DNA from: Callorhinchus milii
Lineage: Eukaryota
Length of the DNA: 64,000 bases
Assembly (NCBI RefSeq): GCF_018977255.1
Contig: NW_024704742.1
Span: 94,986,001-95,050,000 of the forward strand
Direction: 5' to 3'
The position numbers were made by a program, and so were the translations under genes. Below the pieces are notes generated by a model. The model worked only from the letters and a program-made list of their open reading frames with translations. It had not been told where the DNA came from and did not search any database. Position 1 is the first letter of the stretch. Each line of letters opens with the position of its first letter. Below, piece by piece: positions 1-13,248 of this stretch.

Positions 1-624
1 GTTAATGAGTGTTCAATTGCAACTTAATCTGTGGTTTCAGATAACCCAATTAACCACTTTGTTTTTATTTTATGAAATAATCGGAACCTCATGAATTAAA
101 TTAGTGTATTACTCATTCCCAAACATTGATTTCCTATTAATTTCTTTAACAAACACTTCAATAATATACAACTCTAGTACATGGATTATGTTCAAATATA
201 TGTTTGCATAACATTAAAAACTGAGCATATTTTTGGTCTTCACAAGTTTATTACTACAATATTATTTTTGTAGGTGTTCACCCACAAAAATACAGTCACT
301 ATAACGTATAGAAGATTTGTAAAGAGTTTTGATGTGTTCTGGACATTATTGGCACTATATAAAATGCAAGGATTATTATTATTTTTGACACATTTGATCT
401 TCATGAATGTGTTGCTTTAATATTATTGCTTACAGTAATGAAAGTTGGGTCATATTTGAATAACATGCACATTATTATTTGATGCTCTCTAAAATGTAGT
501 TAAATTGTGTCAATTTTCCAAGGGTGTCTGCATATTAGAGATTAAAAGATTGCTTGAAACTTAGACTAAAACTTATTCTTTCTCATATCAAATTGTTCTC
601 TGACAAAGCTAAACTTATTTTACA

Positions 625-860
625 CATTTACACTTATATAGCAACTTTCGTGTCAGGAAGATGTCTCAAGGTGCTTGACAGTCCCAGCTTGGCACCCACC
701 CGAATTAATAGGAAGGATGACAGAAAACATGATCAAAGAGGAAGGTCTTGACATGCACATTGAAAGAGGCGAGGGAAGGGACCTAGTCAGAGGGACTCGG
801 GTTGGAGTTCCAGAGTGTGGGGGAAGACAAACTGAAAGCCCGACTGCTGTTTTCACTAAC
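625..860 (-). mobile_element. Degenerate L2 3' end
   Basis: Tail stem-loop motif and ggagttccagagtg (LWNS) similarity to other copies in the window. Confidence 0.6.
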
Positions 861-3319
861 ACAACAAGACCTTCACCTTTTTAAGTCTGCAAACACCCCT
901 TGGTAACCAACATTGCTTGTCCTATACATTTAGCTTCTATGACTGCAACTAGTACCAGTGAAAGGTATCACACGATAGAGATCTAAAATCTCCAATAGCA
1001 CTATTGCTTTGTCATACTGGTCAATGATTGGATTATCTATGTCCAGAATATAGGAACTGAGACATCGCAACATCGGGTGTAGGGGTATTCCCTTACACTC
1101 TTCAGACATCTTGAGACTGCCGGTAGATCCAATGCAGGGGGATAATAAACTACTTGGTCAATGTCTAAAAACTGATTAGGTGTAACTAAGCATTTGGGGT
1201 CACATCTTCAGCACCTTTTCAACACATAACATACTTCAAGATCTACCATCCAGAGTTCTCTAAATTTCCACTGCAGTAATATTACAAAGATTAAATCACA
1301 TCACTTAACAGTTTCAACCAATTTTCTCGAGCTACAAAAATACCTTATTCTTTAAATTCCTGGAGATTCAAATTCTCTAAAGGTTCATTTGACACTAGCC
1401 AATGCTTAGTTTTGGAATTAAGCCAACACACAGATGGCAGACGGAAAGATCCCTGGTTGTATTCCTAGTCTGTGCTGAGTTACTAGACTTTTGTCAAGCT
1501 GGTGGTAGCAAGTGCATTGATACAATGGGTGGGGTGGGGAGAGGGTTCTCATCCCTGATTGCCTACCAGTGACTCCTATGGGAAAGTGTATTTGAATGGA
1601 TATCAGGCTAAGATAGGATCATGTTTGACAGTGATGTTCAGTACTATTTATATATTCTATCGGGATTCACACAATATCTCTTGAAATCCCATGTACAGTA
1701 CTTTTCACTAGAAGTCAGTACCTCTATGAGAGAAAACTGGAGGGAAGAAATGAATATTTGGCATATTAAGGATTACTTTTGGAATGTTTGTGCAGTTTGT
1801 GGGGCCTCATAATAGAAAAGATATTTGAGACAAGGAAAGGGTACAGTGTAGGTTCACAGGGACACTTCCAGAGAACACAGAGTGACACAGAGAACATAGA
1901 GTGTTTATCGTAATGAAAAAGGCTTGAAAAACTGGGCTGTTTCATCCTAAACAGATCTAATAGACAAGTTCAAAATTCTGAAAGCATTTTTGGAGGATCA
2001 GAGTCATATGATAGAAATGTTCTAATGTTCCATTTCCCAGTTTTCATCTTTCACCTTGACAACCAAAAACATACAAATTCCCAATTTTGCCAAAATCAAT
2101 AAAGAAAGACATAAAATTTATTCTGCAGTTTCTCTGACAAGGAGACTTTTATTTTTATTGGAGGAGTTTTTTCTCTGGCTTTCTTGGTTTATTTGTGTTT
2201 TCTGGAGTGGCTGCTAGGTTGCTGCTGGGTTGCGTGAAGAAAATGTAGACAGTAGAAGGAAAGGAAAACAAAGCAAAGTGTGAATAAGACTAACTATAAC
2301 AGTTAACATAGATTCGAAGATTGATGGGAAAGTAATTACAAAAATAAAATTAAAATGATAATTGGGGAACAGAAAATCATAATAAATCCAGCAATACGGA
2401 AACATACCAATAATAATCTGCACACTCCCAGCGGGCTAGAAAATCTTACGGATCTTAAAAAGACCAGCTTGCAAAGTATGAATGGATTTAAAAGTTTTCT
2501 ACAATTCTGCACAATTTTAAATTTTAAGACCAAATGGTCTTACACTCTGAGACCGTGTGGAATTTCAGACCCAAGCAGTAGTAGGCTGGCTCCCCAAAAA
2601 GGGCTTGGAATTTTCCGGTAAAATGGGGGTGCTGAGTCCTGGGGAGATGCCGACTTACAGGGGATACTGATTCCCAGGGGCCCCGATTTACCATAAAACC
2701 TCCGGGCATTTATAAACTTTGTTGGGACTTAAACAGGAGGGTGGGATGTGGGTGGTGATTGGCTATTGTAGCTGTCACTCTTCAGGGAGAATAGACTCTG
2801 GGCGATGATTGGCTAGTCCAAGCTGTCACTCACCCAGATGTCAGGCTCTGGGGTGGCAAGTATTGGAAGCCAATCGCAGGAGTGTTGGGGCTCAGGAACT
2901 ATTCTTGAGCGCTCTCAGATAATTTCACAATTTCCCACATAGCCAGTTTACCCCTGGGAGTTTACTGACTATGACAATGTTTTGGGGGGTCAGTCGGTTA
3001 TCTGACACATGTGGAAACTCATCACCATGCTGAAGAATATCCAAACCAAGTTGAGAGTTCCAAGCATTCCACCCACACAGAGCAGATTGTTGGAATGAAT
3101 GCACACTCTCTCCCTGGAGGGACCACATCCTGCTTACCTAATTCCAGAAAGTATTACAACAACAACAGCTTGCACTTATATGCTACCCTCCGCACAGGGT
3201 AGCCTCTCAGAGTGCTTAACCATTAGGCGCAGATTGGCAGGAGCCAAGTCTTGGAGACCCTAGAATTGGGGTACTGTTGGCGTCTAACCATCTAAAACTG
3301 CACAGCTTGCCATTGATAT

Positions 3320-3616
3320 AATAATGATAATAATCTTGCATTTGATATAGCGTTTTCCACGTCTTCTAGACGTCTCAAAGCGCTTCACAGAATATACCTT
3401 AAAATGAATTGACTGTATATTTGCGGGCGAAACGTTGCAGCCAATTGTACACAGCAGTGTCCCACAAACAGTCGTAAACTGAGTGCCCAAATTATTATTG
3501 TTTTTTTTCTTTAAGGATTATTATCAGGCACGTGGAATAAGGAAACTTGCCCACGGTTTAAACCCAGGTCTCTCGCTTGCGAGACAAGTGCTCTAATCAC
3601 GTAGCTACAGGACTCC
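3320..3616 (-). mobile_element. tRNA-derived SINE, short form
   Basis: tRNA-like head, conserved body, L2-like 3' end and (TTA)n tail; multi-copy in the window. Confidence 0.9.
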
Positions 3617-4552
3617 GATATTGCTGTATGACAAGCTTTCCTGCTGCTTGTCCAGCTAGGACCACCCTATCCATTAGGGCTTTGGCTTGCAGGGTTAACA
3701 GGAGCTCCTTAAACCCTTAGCTGTATCAAGTGGGTACAGTACACACAATATTATCACTGATAATCACCAGGGAGAAGGCAAAAAAAGTACCTATACAAAT
3801 ATAAATCACAATTAGAAATATATAGCTAAACAAGAATTAAATGATTCATTAAAAAAAAATAATAAGTAATTGATTTGTTTTCATTTAATTTTGTTTTTAT
3901 TTATTTTCCTTTATTCCCATACCAGACAACATTCCTCAGGCTAGAGGGTGAACAGAACCTCTCTTTCCAGCCAGTGTTTCTCAACCGCGAGTTTCTGAGA
4001 AGTGTCCAACCAGCTCTCCGCAGATCTTTGCTCCTTACTTGCCTACACTTCCTTTGACCAGGTTCCTTTGAGATCTTCCATGTGAGGAACCATTGGTTAT
4101 CTCCTAAAATTCCACAGCAGAGATGATTGGTACACTGATTAGTGAACCAATGTGCTGAGTCATGAGATTGTCTGCATTGATTTGAATGTGTTAATTCAAT
4201 CTTGATTTAACTCCCCGTTATACTTTTAGCAGTGATAGATTGAACCAATGTTAATAGAATTATCCATTGGAGCAGTCAATCCTTGATTAAGTCTCAAATG
4301 AATTAGAAAACCCCTTGTGATGGGAAACTCAGTAATAAGACTAGTTGATCACTCCAGGGTAATTTAAAAATAAATACCTTTGAGTATTTCAAACAAATAC
4401 ATAACATGTCGATTCAACTTATTTTTAAAATGATTCATTAAAAAAGGAATAATAAGTAATTAATATACAGTGACCATCACTCATAATAAAAATAGGGAAT
4501 GTAGATGAATAAAAGTTACCGCATATGGCCATTCAGGTAAATATAATGATAA

Positions 4553-5016
4553 ATATAATAATTCTTACATTTGATGTAGCACCTTATCACATCTTCAAGA
4601 CATCTCAAAGGGCTTCACAGAGTGAAGAGTTATACTGTAAGGTGAATTGACTGTATATTTTGTGGGTGAAATTATTGTTCTGAGTGAGCATTGCCAATAA
4701 TAATAATAATAATAATAATAATCCTTGCATTTGATATAGCGCTTTTCACGTCGGGAGGACGTCCCAAAGCGCTTCACAGAATAGACTGTAAAGTGAATTG
4801 ACTGTATATTTGTGGGCGAACGCGGCAGCCAATTGCGCACAGCAATGTCCCACAAACAGTCGTAGATTGAAAATGACCAATTTATTATTGTTTTTTTTTT
4901 TGTTTTGTTTTTTGGAGGGATTATTATTAGGCGTGTGGAGTAAGGAAACTTGCCCAAGGTTTCGCCCTGCCTGGAATTGAACTCAGGTCTCTCACTTGCA
5001 AAGCGAGTGCTCTAAT
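4553..5016 (-). mobile_element. Two adjacent SINE copies (3' fragment 4553-4675 and near-full copy 4697-5016)
   Basis: Same family as 3320-3616. Confidence 0.88.
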
Positions 5017-5786
5017 AGTGGAAGGAGAAGGATAAGTTGAGAAAACTTAGCACCACTGCTGTGAGAGGAAGGGGAATTGTTCCTCTCAGGCTTATGTTTG
5101 GGAAATTAAAACACCCTTTACAAAGCAGAGGTTTGTGATTGATGAAAGATCCATGTTGTACCTGATTAACCATTCTTCTTAAGACAAAAAAACTAATTTC
5201 TAATTGTTCCATTTAGAAAAGTTGCTCATGATAATGAAGGATCACTGCAGAGGAATTTGTTTGGTCATTCTTTCACAATGATAGTGATCCTTGCCTTTGA
5301 GATATGCTTTTATGCCCCATTTGTTACAGGCACTGGTTGAAAGTATATCAATGCATTGCAACTATTTTATTAATGTCAAATCTGGTGTACAGTTAGATTT
5401 GTCATTGCCAGCTAAGAATTACTGCAGATAAGAATCCCTACTTTAGAAGTCAGATCTGCTGACTGAATGTACAATTGAATAAGGTCTCATAACAATCATG
5501 AGATTTCTCTATTTTGATGCAATCCATACAATCCATATGGTGTTTTCCTTTCTTTCTCTCATTGTCACCATGTTTTTTCAGTTTGGAACCTGACTTCATC
5601 TGCATAATTTACCGTACTGTAATTGATTTCCTTTGACACTCACAGCCAATGCAACTTGTTGATCAAATAAATGTTCAAATAAACAAACCTCCATCCAAAG
5701 CACAGGTAAATCCAAATTATTCCTACCAGAGTAGAAGTGTTAGACATGTGCCTTACCCCCATTTGTCAGCTTTTCTTTGTTGTAGC

Positions 5787-6105
5787 CTCTGAGTCAGAAG
5801 GTTGTGAGTTCAGGACTTGGAACCCACCTAGTTTATGCTGACACAGCATGTTTATGCTGTGCTGCATTGTCATTTGGATTGGATGCTAAACCAAGATCAC
5901 AGTGCAGTCCAGTAAAGGTGGACATTAAAGATCCAGTGATTCTATTTGAAAAGTGAAGGGACTTTCTCCTGGTGGGCTGGGCAACAAATTTGCCATTCCA
6001 CAGCTATTTGTAGGCCACTGCATTGTGCAAATTGGCTGACGTTGTCCACAAAACACATACAGTCACATCACTTTACAGCACTATGAAGACATCTTGACAG
6101 GGTCT
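5787..6105 (+). mobile_element. Old Deu-domain SINE (SacSINE1/AmnSINE1-like)
   Basis: ctctgagtcagaaggttgtgagttca head; ggatg.taaacc.ag...aggtggacattaaagatcc core. Confidence 0.65.
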
Positions 6106-6204
6106 TAAATGTTTTCCCTGTATACTTGCAGTTTGCATTATTCCAGTGCTCTGTTTTCAGGTGCAGCATATAGAAATTAAGTTCACATCCCTTCAAATAA
6201 AGTA

Positions 6205-6368
6205 TATAATAATAATAATTTGGCCACTCAACGCAATCCACAATTCTTCGTGGGACACTGTTGTGCACAATTAGGAGCCACGTTTCACCCACAAAATACA
6301 GTCAATCCACTTTACAATCTATTCTGATTGAAGCACTTCAAGGCATCTCAACCACATAATAAGGCGCC
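6205..6368 (+). mobile_element. SINE 3' half
   Basis: gtgggacactgttgtgcacaatt...cacaaaatacagtcaat body. Confidence 0.75.
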
Positions 6369-6369
6369 T

Positions 6370-7180
6370 CTGCACCTCAGGCACTGGCAGCATCAGCCTC
6401 CACAGCTGCTCGCTCAATCTCACTAAGCCAGTCAGCAACCTGGGTATCTTGTTCGGCCCTGAACTGTCCTTTCTCCCTCACAACCGCACCATGACCGCAC
6501 TGCCTACCACCTCCGCAACATTGCCAACTCCGCCACTGCCTCACCCCTCAGGCTGCCGAAACCCTCACCTCCGCATTCATCACATCAAGGCTCAACTACG
6601 AGAACTCCCTCCTCATCGGCCTTCCTAACTCTTCCCTTCACAAGCTGCAGATCATCCAAAACTCTGCAGCTCGTGTACTCTCACGCACCAGGCTCTGTGA
6701 CCCCATCATTCCCACCCTCGCCCGACTCCACTGGCTCCCCATCCCTCAGAGGATAGAGTTCAAGATCCTGGTCCTCACTTTCAAGGCCATTCATGGCCTT
6801 GTCTCCTTCTACCTCTCTGACCTGCTGACTCCCTACCAACCTGATCACTCCCTCTGTTAAGCGGGCTCCAGCCTGCTCCATGTCTCCCACCCGATCCACC
6901 CTACCATCGGTGGCCGGGGTTTTCAGCCTCTCTGCCCCCACACTCCAGAACTCCATCCCACAGTCTCTTCACCTCGCTTCCTCCCTTGCCTCCTTCAAGG
7001 CCGGTCTCAAGACCCTCCTCTTCAATTATGCCTTCAGTCGCCCTCCCACCTCTCTGCCTTCCCTCACCCCTATCACACCCCTCCCCCATGCTCGGGTCCT
7101 GACTCCTGACTGTCTAGCGCCTTGGGACATCCTCCCGACGTGAGGCGCTCTATAAATGTAATTTTGTTGTTGTTGTTGTT
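6370..7180 (+). mobile_element. L2 LINE 3' portion
   Basis: Degenerate ORF2 C-terminus, 3' stem-loop, (TTG)n tail. Confidence 0.9.
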
Positions 7181-7379
7181 TCAATTTGAGCTCCATGCTG
7201 AGGGGCGGAGGACTGGGGGGAGGTGTTTAAAGAAAAATAAAGAAAAAAAAGTGAATTTCATTTTGGTTGTACACAGCATAATATATGATTGCAGCATGCT
7301 GTTCAAGAGTCAAAGAGAGAAAGAGAGAAATTCCCATCAGGGGACGTTGAAATTGATTAGGAATAAATGGGGACAAACC

Positions 7380-7537
7380 ATGGTCACTCAATCCAGCACA
7401 CTGCTATGCGCAATTGCCTGCCACATTTTGCCCACAAAATATAGTCAATCCAATTGACAGTACATTCTGTGAACCGCTTTGAGACGTCTCGACGACGTGA
7501 TAAGGTGCTATCTCAAATGCAAGGATTATTATTATTG
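7380..7537 (+). mobile_element. SINE 3' half
   Basis: Body plus aaatgcaaggattattatt tail. Confidence 0.8.
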
Positions 7538-10500
7538 ACTCCTGTATATTTTCTTCACACTCATTTTTTCTCTCTTCGCTCATTTCTTCTCTTTACTTCA
7601 TGTAATCTGTTATAGTCTTTCTCCAGAAGCAATTCCCCATTTTGCCTCATTGGTTCTTTGCGTATAACATCCTTCTCTTTTTTTATTTTACAATAAAATA
7701 TTATTTTACTGGCTTACTAACAATGTTAACTGTCCACCTGATGATTACACATAGAAGCATTTATGTGCAGTCTCTGCCCCTCTTTTGTTGTCCCATTCAA
7801 GCTCACTTGAGTCTTTCACCTTTTCATAAGATCATAAGAGAGATTCAGATAAAGATGGCTCTTTGGCTGATTTGATCTCATCTTTCCAGAATACCTACTC
7901 TACCATCTTCCTATTACAACATCAAACTGATTCTTAAATTAATCCAATGCCCTGAACTGAACCAACTTTTACGGTAACCCATTGTCATCTTTATTTATCC
8001 TCTGGGTAAAGAAAGAAAAACTTCTTGGTACGTGTCCCCAAACTTTGGAATCCTGGATCAATGCCCTCTTCTTCTGATGATGACATTCTGTATCTGAAAA
8101 TAATTTTCTTTGATTCCTAATATTCCTTTTGTTTGCTCTCATTCTCTTCTCTTTAGTATCAATCGCAGGGAGGGCACTTAGAAGTGGGTCAACATATCTA
8201 CAACAAACACTGTAACAATCCTAATGGGAAATGATTAATGATAATGAAGACAAAGCCTTTGCATTGGGACCACATGTTACTGAAGAACTGCTTCTGAGAA
8301 TCCTTTGAATAGTTGTGGTATATTGTATTTTCATAAGTCAGAATAGCTCCTTTTCACTCATCTCGTTTGTAACATCATGATTTCCTGTATTATATGAAAA
8401 CTATTGCAGTTTCTTTTTCTCCATCTTTCTGACCCTTCTTGATTTATCTCTTTCACTACCCGGTACTCCATTTTCTTTCTAATCTCCAAATGTCACAGTT
8501 TTCTCCAATGTGTCATACTGTCTATATAATTTGCCTTTTTTCCTCTCCACCCTTCTTGGCACGTTTATTTGTCCCTTTCTTCCTCATTAACTCTGCTTTT
8601 TTCACTCATTTTTTGTTTCCATATATTTCTCTTCATATTCTCTCCCTTGTCCTCCATCTGGTCTCTTCTCTATTTCTCTGATATTCTACATGGACATCAG
8701 ATTCTCTGTGACAGGTATAAATGCATACTTGTACTGACACCAATTCCCTGGAAATCTTACATATCCAACGGTAACATTGTAAACTCTCAAGGATAGGAAG
8801 GCTGAATACATTCCCTAGTACCACATTATCCTTGATCTAGACTGCAGGAAACCCAAACCACAAAAAGCATTATACTGCCTCCTTAATAATTTAACTGCAG
8901 ATACCCAAGGTCGCAAAAAGCCATTCACAGCAAAAAGAGTGGGAAAATATATGTGCATTTAAACCGTGAACTAAATTTCTAACTATATTGTAATATTTAA
9001 CAAGCGATTAAGAGCATTATTACTTGCACAAGTTATGTATACATGAAGTTTGTTTGCTCTTTGGGTGGAAGTTAAATACAATCTAAAATAATTTTACAGC
9101 CTAACTATTCTGTAGAGCTGTATTTTCTCTCATTTGGAACGCAACAGTCACAGATCTAATGGCACATACCACTGAGTGGATACACATTAGCATCAGTGTA
9201 TGCATTCTTAATTTACTAAAGTAGTTTTTTAAAATCATATCAGATGAATAGTTTACTTCAAAGGATTATATATTTCTAGAGCGAAAGGGATGTCATTTAA
9301 ATATGATCGGAAATGATTAATCATATTACTGTAACACATAAGCAACTTTAGGCAGTTCTTTTGGGTAAACGTATGGCTTTTTTTAGGACTAGACTATTAA
9401 CGAAAACTCCCAACTTTCATCGTTTCTCTTTTGATTAATCGTTGCCTTTCTGCTGCCCCTCTGCTTGAATCCCAGCTCTTTTCTCACAAGAGATTTCAGT
9501 TTTCCCTGTGAGACTTGCAGCATCGATCATTTTCCTGAGCGTGAATTTTAGCCAAAGTGTTGCAAATACCGAGTTGAGTTGTGCCACAATCAATCAGTGC
9601 AACGTGTAAATTCACCAAATACTGTTTATAACAAAGCCATCAGTACAGTTTGGGATTATTTTCACAGCTCCAGTCTATTTTTGTGCACCACATCTTTACC
9701 CAGTTCCGTATTGATTCCTGTTTATCTATGTACAGCCAACACAGTCTGTAAGCAAACCTCAAGCCCAGTCAGTCCTGAATAATTATTATTATTCTGCTAC
9801 GTTAGTTTGTCCCCAGTTAAAGCAAATACTCATCTGCAACCCTGTTGCTGCATCTTAGTGCATTGCATTACACAGGGGGCGCTTTACTGTGCAACCCTTC
9901 TAAATACGCACGATATTTATTTTAATTTCAATTTTAAATTAAGAGCAGTGGTGAAGTTGATTTAAAGGGTGGCTGCATTGATGGAAACATGCTTGGGAGA
10001 TTTTTTTTTTAACCTACTTTGGAGGCTGAAGACCCCAGTCCATTGGGCTCACCATAACATTGCAATGGATATTCATGCATCGTGTGTTTTTATTCCCGTC
10101 CCGTCCCCCCACCCCGTCCCCCCCAATAAAATAGGGATGAGTTTGCTTGGTCAATGTTAAATCAAACCCGATACTGCCTCCAACATTGAACATGTTGCCC
10201 ACAATAACCAGGTTATAGCGTATAAGCAACATCCAGTCTAAGTCTAAGAGATCTAAACTCTCTATCGACCCATTCAAAATGGGAAGCCCCTCTTATATTG
10301 GGCACAGTTACTGAATCCCCCCCCCAGCCCCCACCCCCTCCCCACCAGCCCCCAAATCATTTTGCTTTCCGATCAAATTGTGAGAGCTAGAAACACAAGG
10401 ATTGCTGGTGAAGGCAGAAATTAGTCTTCTTTGAAGAGTTTGGACCATTCCTGTTTTAAATACCTTTATCGCAAGTTTTTTTTTTCCGTTTTCGTTTTTA

Positions 10501-11318
10501 TTAATCACTCAGTTTTTTGTTCGTTTGTTTGTTTGTTTTTTGCCTTTTTTTGGAGGGGGGGTGTGGGGGGTGATCCGTCAAAAGATTTGCTTAAAGGATA
10601 GCTGCAGCCAACATGAAATTGCGGGCAGACAGACAGAGTGATAGTACAAATAGTGGACTCTCTCTCACACACACAGCATCATCCAGTACTTGGCTGCACA
10701 TCCCACTAAATGTTATATATTTGTTTCATCCTGTGTAAAACATAAATAATGCAGTACTCAACGAGACCGGATTTGTAGCTCACAGGGGTCACGACTGTTT
10801 TATTGCACAGAAGAATCGACATTTTCCCAGTAAAACCAAACTGAAGACACTATATATTCTGTTTGCTTTAAAATGTGCAGTGCCACTGCAGACCTCAAAG
10901 AGCGCAGAAAGAGTTGGCTTCCACACGCTAATATCTGCGTCTGTCCTGCAGTAAAAAAAAACCTGCCAACCATAAAAAATGTAATTGCGATTTGTCTCAG
11001 GTTTTTTTAAAAAAAACAAAACACACAGATTTTTTGGCCCGAATTTGACTTGGATCTCAAAGGATGTGGCAATATAAAGCGGGTCGGCGCTCTGTGACTG
11101 AGCTGAACTGGTGTCTGGGGATCTCATTAATAATCCCTTTTGATTCATACGGAGAATAAAACGCCAGGCGAGGTGCCAGCTGGACCTCAGAGGCAAACCC
11201 AGCCCGGGTGGTTCCTCAGGACACTGGTGCCTGACCCTCTTGGCATTCACACGCTGGTGCTGCCTTTTGCGGACCTGTGGGGCAAAAGGCGCTGTGATTG
11301 CGGGGAGACTGTGTCATC

Positions 11319-11350
11319 GCTCAGCTCAGCTCAGCTCAGCTCAACTCAGC
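11319..11350. repeat. (GCTCA)n pentanucleotide repeat
   Basis: About six tandem units, seen directly. Confidence 0.85.
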
Positions 11351-12129
11351 GCTGGGAATGACTGAGAGGATACACCAGAAGACTGCTGTCTCCATTGCTT
11401 TGCAATGGGAGAAAGAGATAAGGCGCAGAGATGGGAGGGATGGGAGGCGGTGGGAACCCAAGAGAGAAATTGGGGAAGATTTGAGGGACTGGGAGGGAAA
11501 GAGAAATAGACAGAGGACGAGAGAGAGAGAGAGAGAGAGAGAGATGGGAAAAGAGGTTGGTTGATTCTGGGTGATGATGCGCTTTTTTTTGTAAGTGGCC
11601 AGTTTTATTTCACTCTCTGTCTGTCCTACTGATCACCCTCTGGGGACTAACTCGGTAGCATGGCACACTTTCTCCCTATCTCTTTCCAGTTTTGTTTTTG
11701 TGTATAAATCATTCCGTTTTCGAGATCGGAGGGTAGCAGTCAAAGTGCACAAATGTACATTACATCCAGAAATAATCCCCATTCTCTATCCTTAGCAGAC
11801 TTGTTGAACGCCAGTGTTGCAAAAGTCAGAAACCCTTTAATGTCACTGAAATCGCAATAAGGTGTGTACAGTATATCTAAATGAACTTGTTAAAGATCTC
11901 CTCTTATTGGCAGTTGCAATAATGGCAACGCCTGAATATCCCCAGAAATGTCACACCAGGGTGCAAAATAATGCACCATTTAACAAAATATCCACCTCCC
12001 AACGTCGCAAAGGTTCTGGCACTGAATAGATAGCAATTTATCCTGACCCCTTAGGCACAAGGAACGATTCAACCAGAACAAAAAATGTACGGGTTGTGAA
12101 GCGTATTTTTTAAAATTGTCCTTAATCCT

Positions 12130-12250
12130 ATTTCCCCCACAAAACATACAGTCAGTTCACTTTACAGTATATTCTGTGAAGCGCTTTGGGCCGTCTCAAT
12201 GACATGATGAGGCGCTGTATCAAAGGCAATAATTATTATTGTTATTATTA
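12130..12250 (+). mobile_element. SINE 3' fragment
   Basis: cacaaaacatacagtcagttcactttacagtatattctgtgaagcgcttt tail region. Confidence 0.75.
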
Positions 12251-13039
12251 ATCATATTTCACGTTGACCCGGAGATTTAATAGAATAATTAATTAATAAT
12301 TAATAGGCTTCCATGCATTTTCGCTCCCTGAAAGGATTTGAAGTGAAATAACCCCACATGCTATGCCAAAGCCTTTTTCATTATTGCCATTACCAGTCAG
12401 ACACCAGCAAGTAAATATAGCTAATAAGGGCACTAGACTGCACAGAAGTAACTAACTTATTCAGCAACGCACAGAGAATACCACTTGGTTTCATTGTTTT
12501 TCTTTAAAATGACGATTAGTTGACTATTCTTGCTAAACCTGTTGGTCTGGCAATCTGCACCTGACAGTAGGTTAAGGCTGTTGAACAAAACACACCAGAC
12601 AGCAATTTCTGCTCAGAGCGAAGCTGGTGATTTGTTTCAAAGTAAACCTGAACCAGGTTCCCCTCTCTGAGGATTTCGGGGTCCCCTTCCAAAGCGATTT
12701 CCCCTTATAGTTTCACATTAGAAATACGGTATAGAAGATCTTCATAAATAAAGATACTGGTATTAAGAGCTGTCATTGCTAACTCTCTCCCCAAACATAC
12801 TACCATAGTTACTTTGAACAAGCAGTTGAGGGGGGGGGATGTTGGACAACATTTAGATTAAGAGTTAACCTCACCCCCTGGCACGGGCTGTCTTTAAAAT
12901 AATTCAACTGCCAGTAAAAAAGAAAGTAATCCGACTAAGGGTAAGGATACATATATATATATATATATATATAAACATGTTTGCTGTTGTTTACTGCAGT
13001 TAGATTGCCTATGCCCATTCGGCAGAGCAATGCACTTAC

Positions 13040-13248
13040 ATTTCAGTGATGTTCTCCATCTCGGCTGCAGAGGAGAGGACAGGGAAAGCCACGATGCCGG
13101 GCTCTGTGCAGGTGATTTTTCCGCTGATGCATTTGCAGGAAGAAGGACAGGCGAGAGCCAGGCTCCCGACCCCCAGCAAAACCCCCAGCAAACACACCGC
13201 AGACCTCCCCAGCCTGTCACACCCACAGCGCCCATCCGAGGAGCTCAT
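13040..13248 (-). CDS. NTRK2: NTRK2/TrkB neurotrophin receptor, first coding exon (signal peptide plus N-terminal cysteine-rich LRRNT cap)
   Basis: Translates to MSSSDGRCGCDRLGRSAVCLLGVLLGVGSLALACPSSCKCISGKITCTEPGIVAFPVLSSAAEMENITE. This matches the TrkB N-terminus (MSS...ACPTSCKC...PGIVAFP...ENITE). ATG at 13248 has A at -3. The exon ends in phase 2 at a canonical AT|GTAAGT donor. Adjacent to SLC28A3, as in mammals. Confidence 0.93.

Noticed and set aside
1430..1700. Possible ancient SINE-like repeat
   Set aside because: It resembles a shark repeat from memory, but is too degenerate and single-copy here to support a call.
4595..4957. Recurrent short ORFs ending in KRYIKCKDYYYY
   Set aside because: Translations of the SINE body and (TTA)n tail, not a protein family.
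1..13039. Second NTRK2 coding exon (first LRR)
   Set aside because: No matching reading frame with splice sites was found by eye; it probably lies beyond the window start, though a short exon could have been missed.
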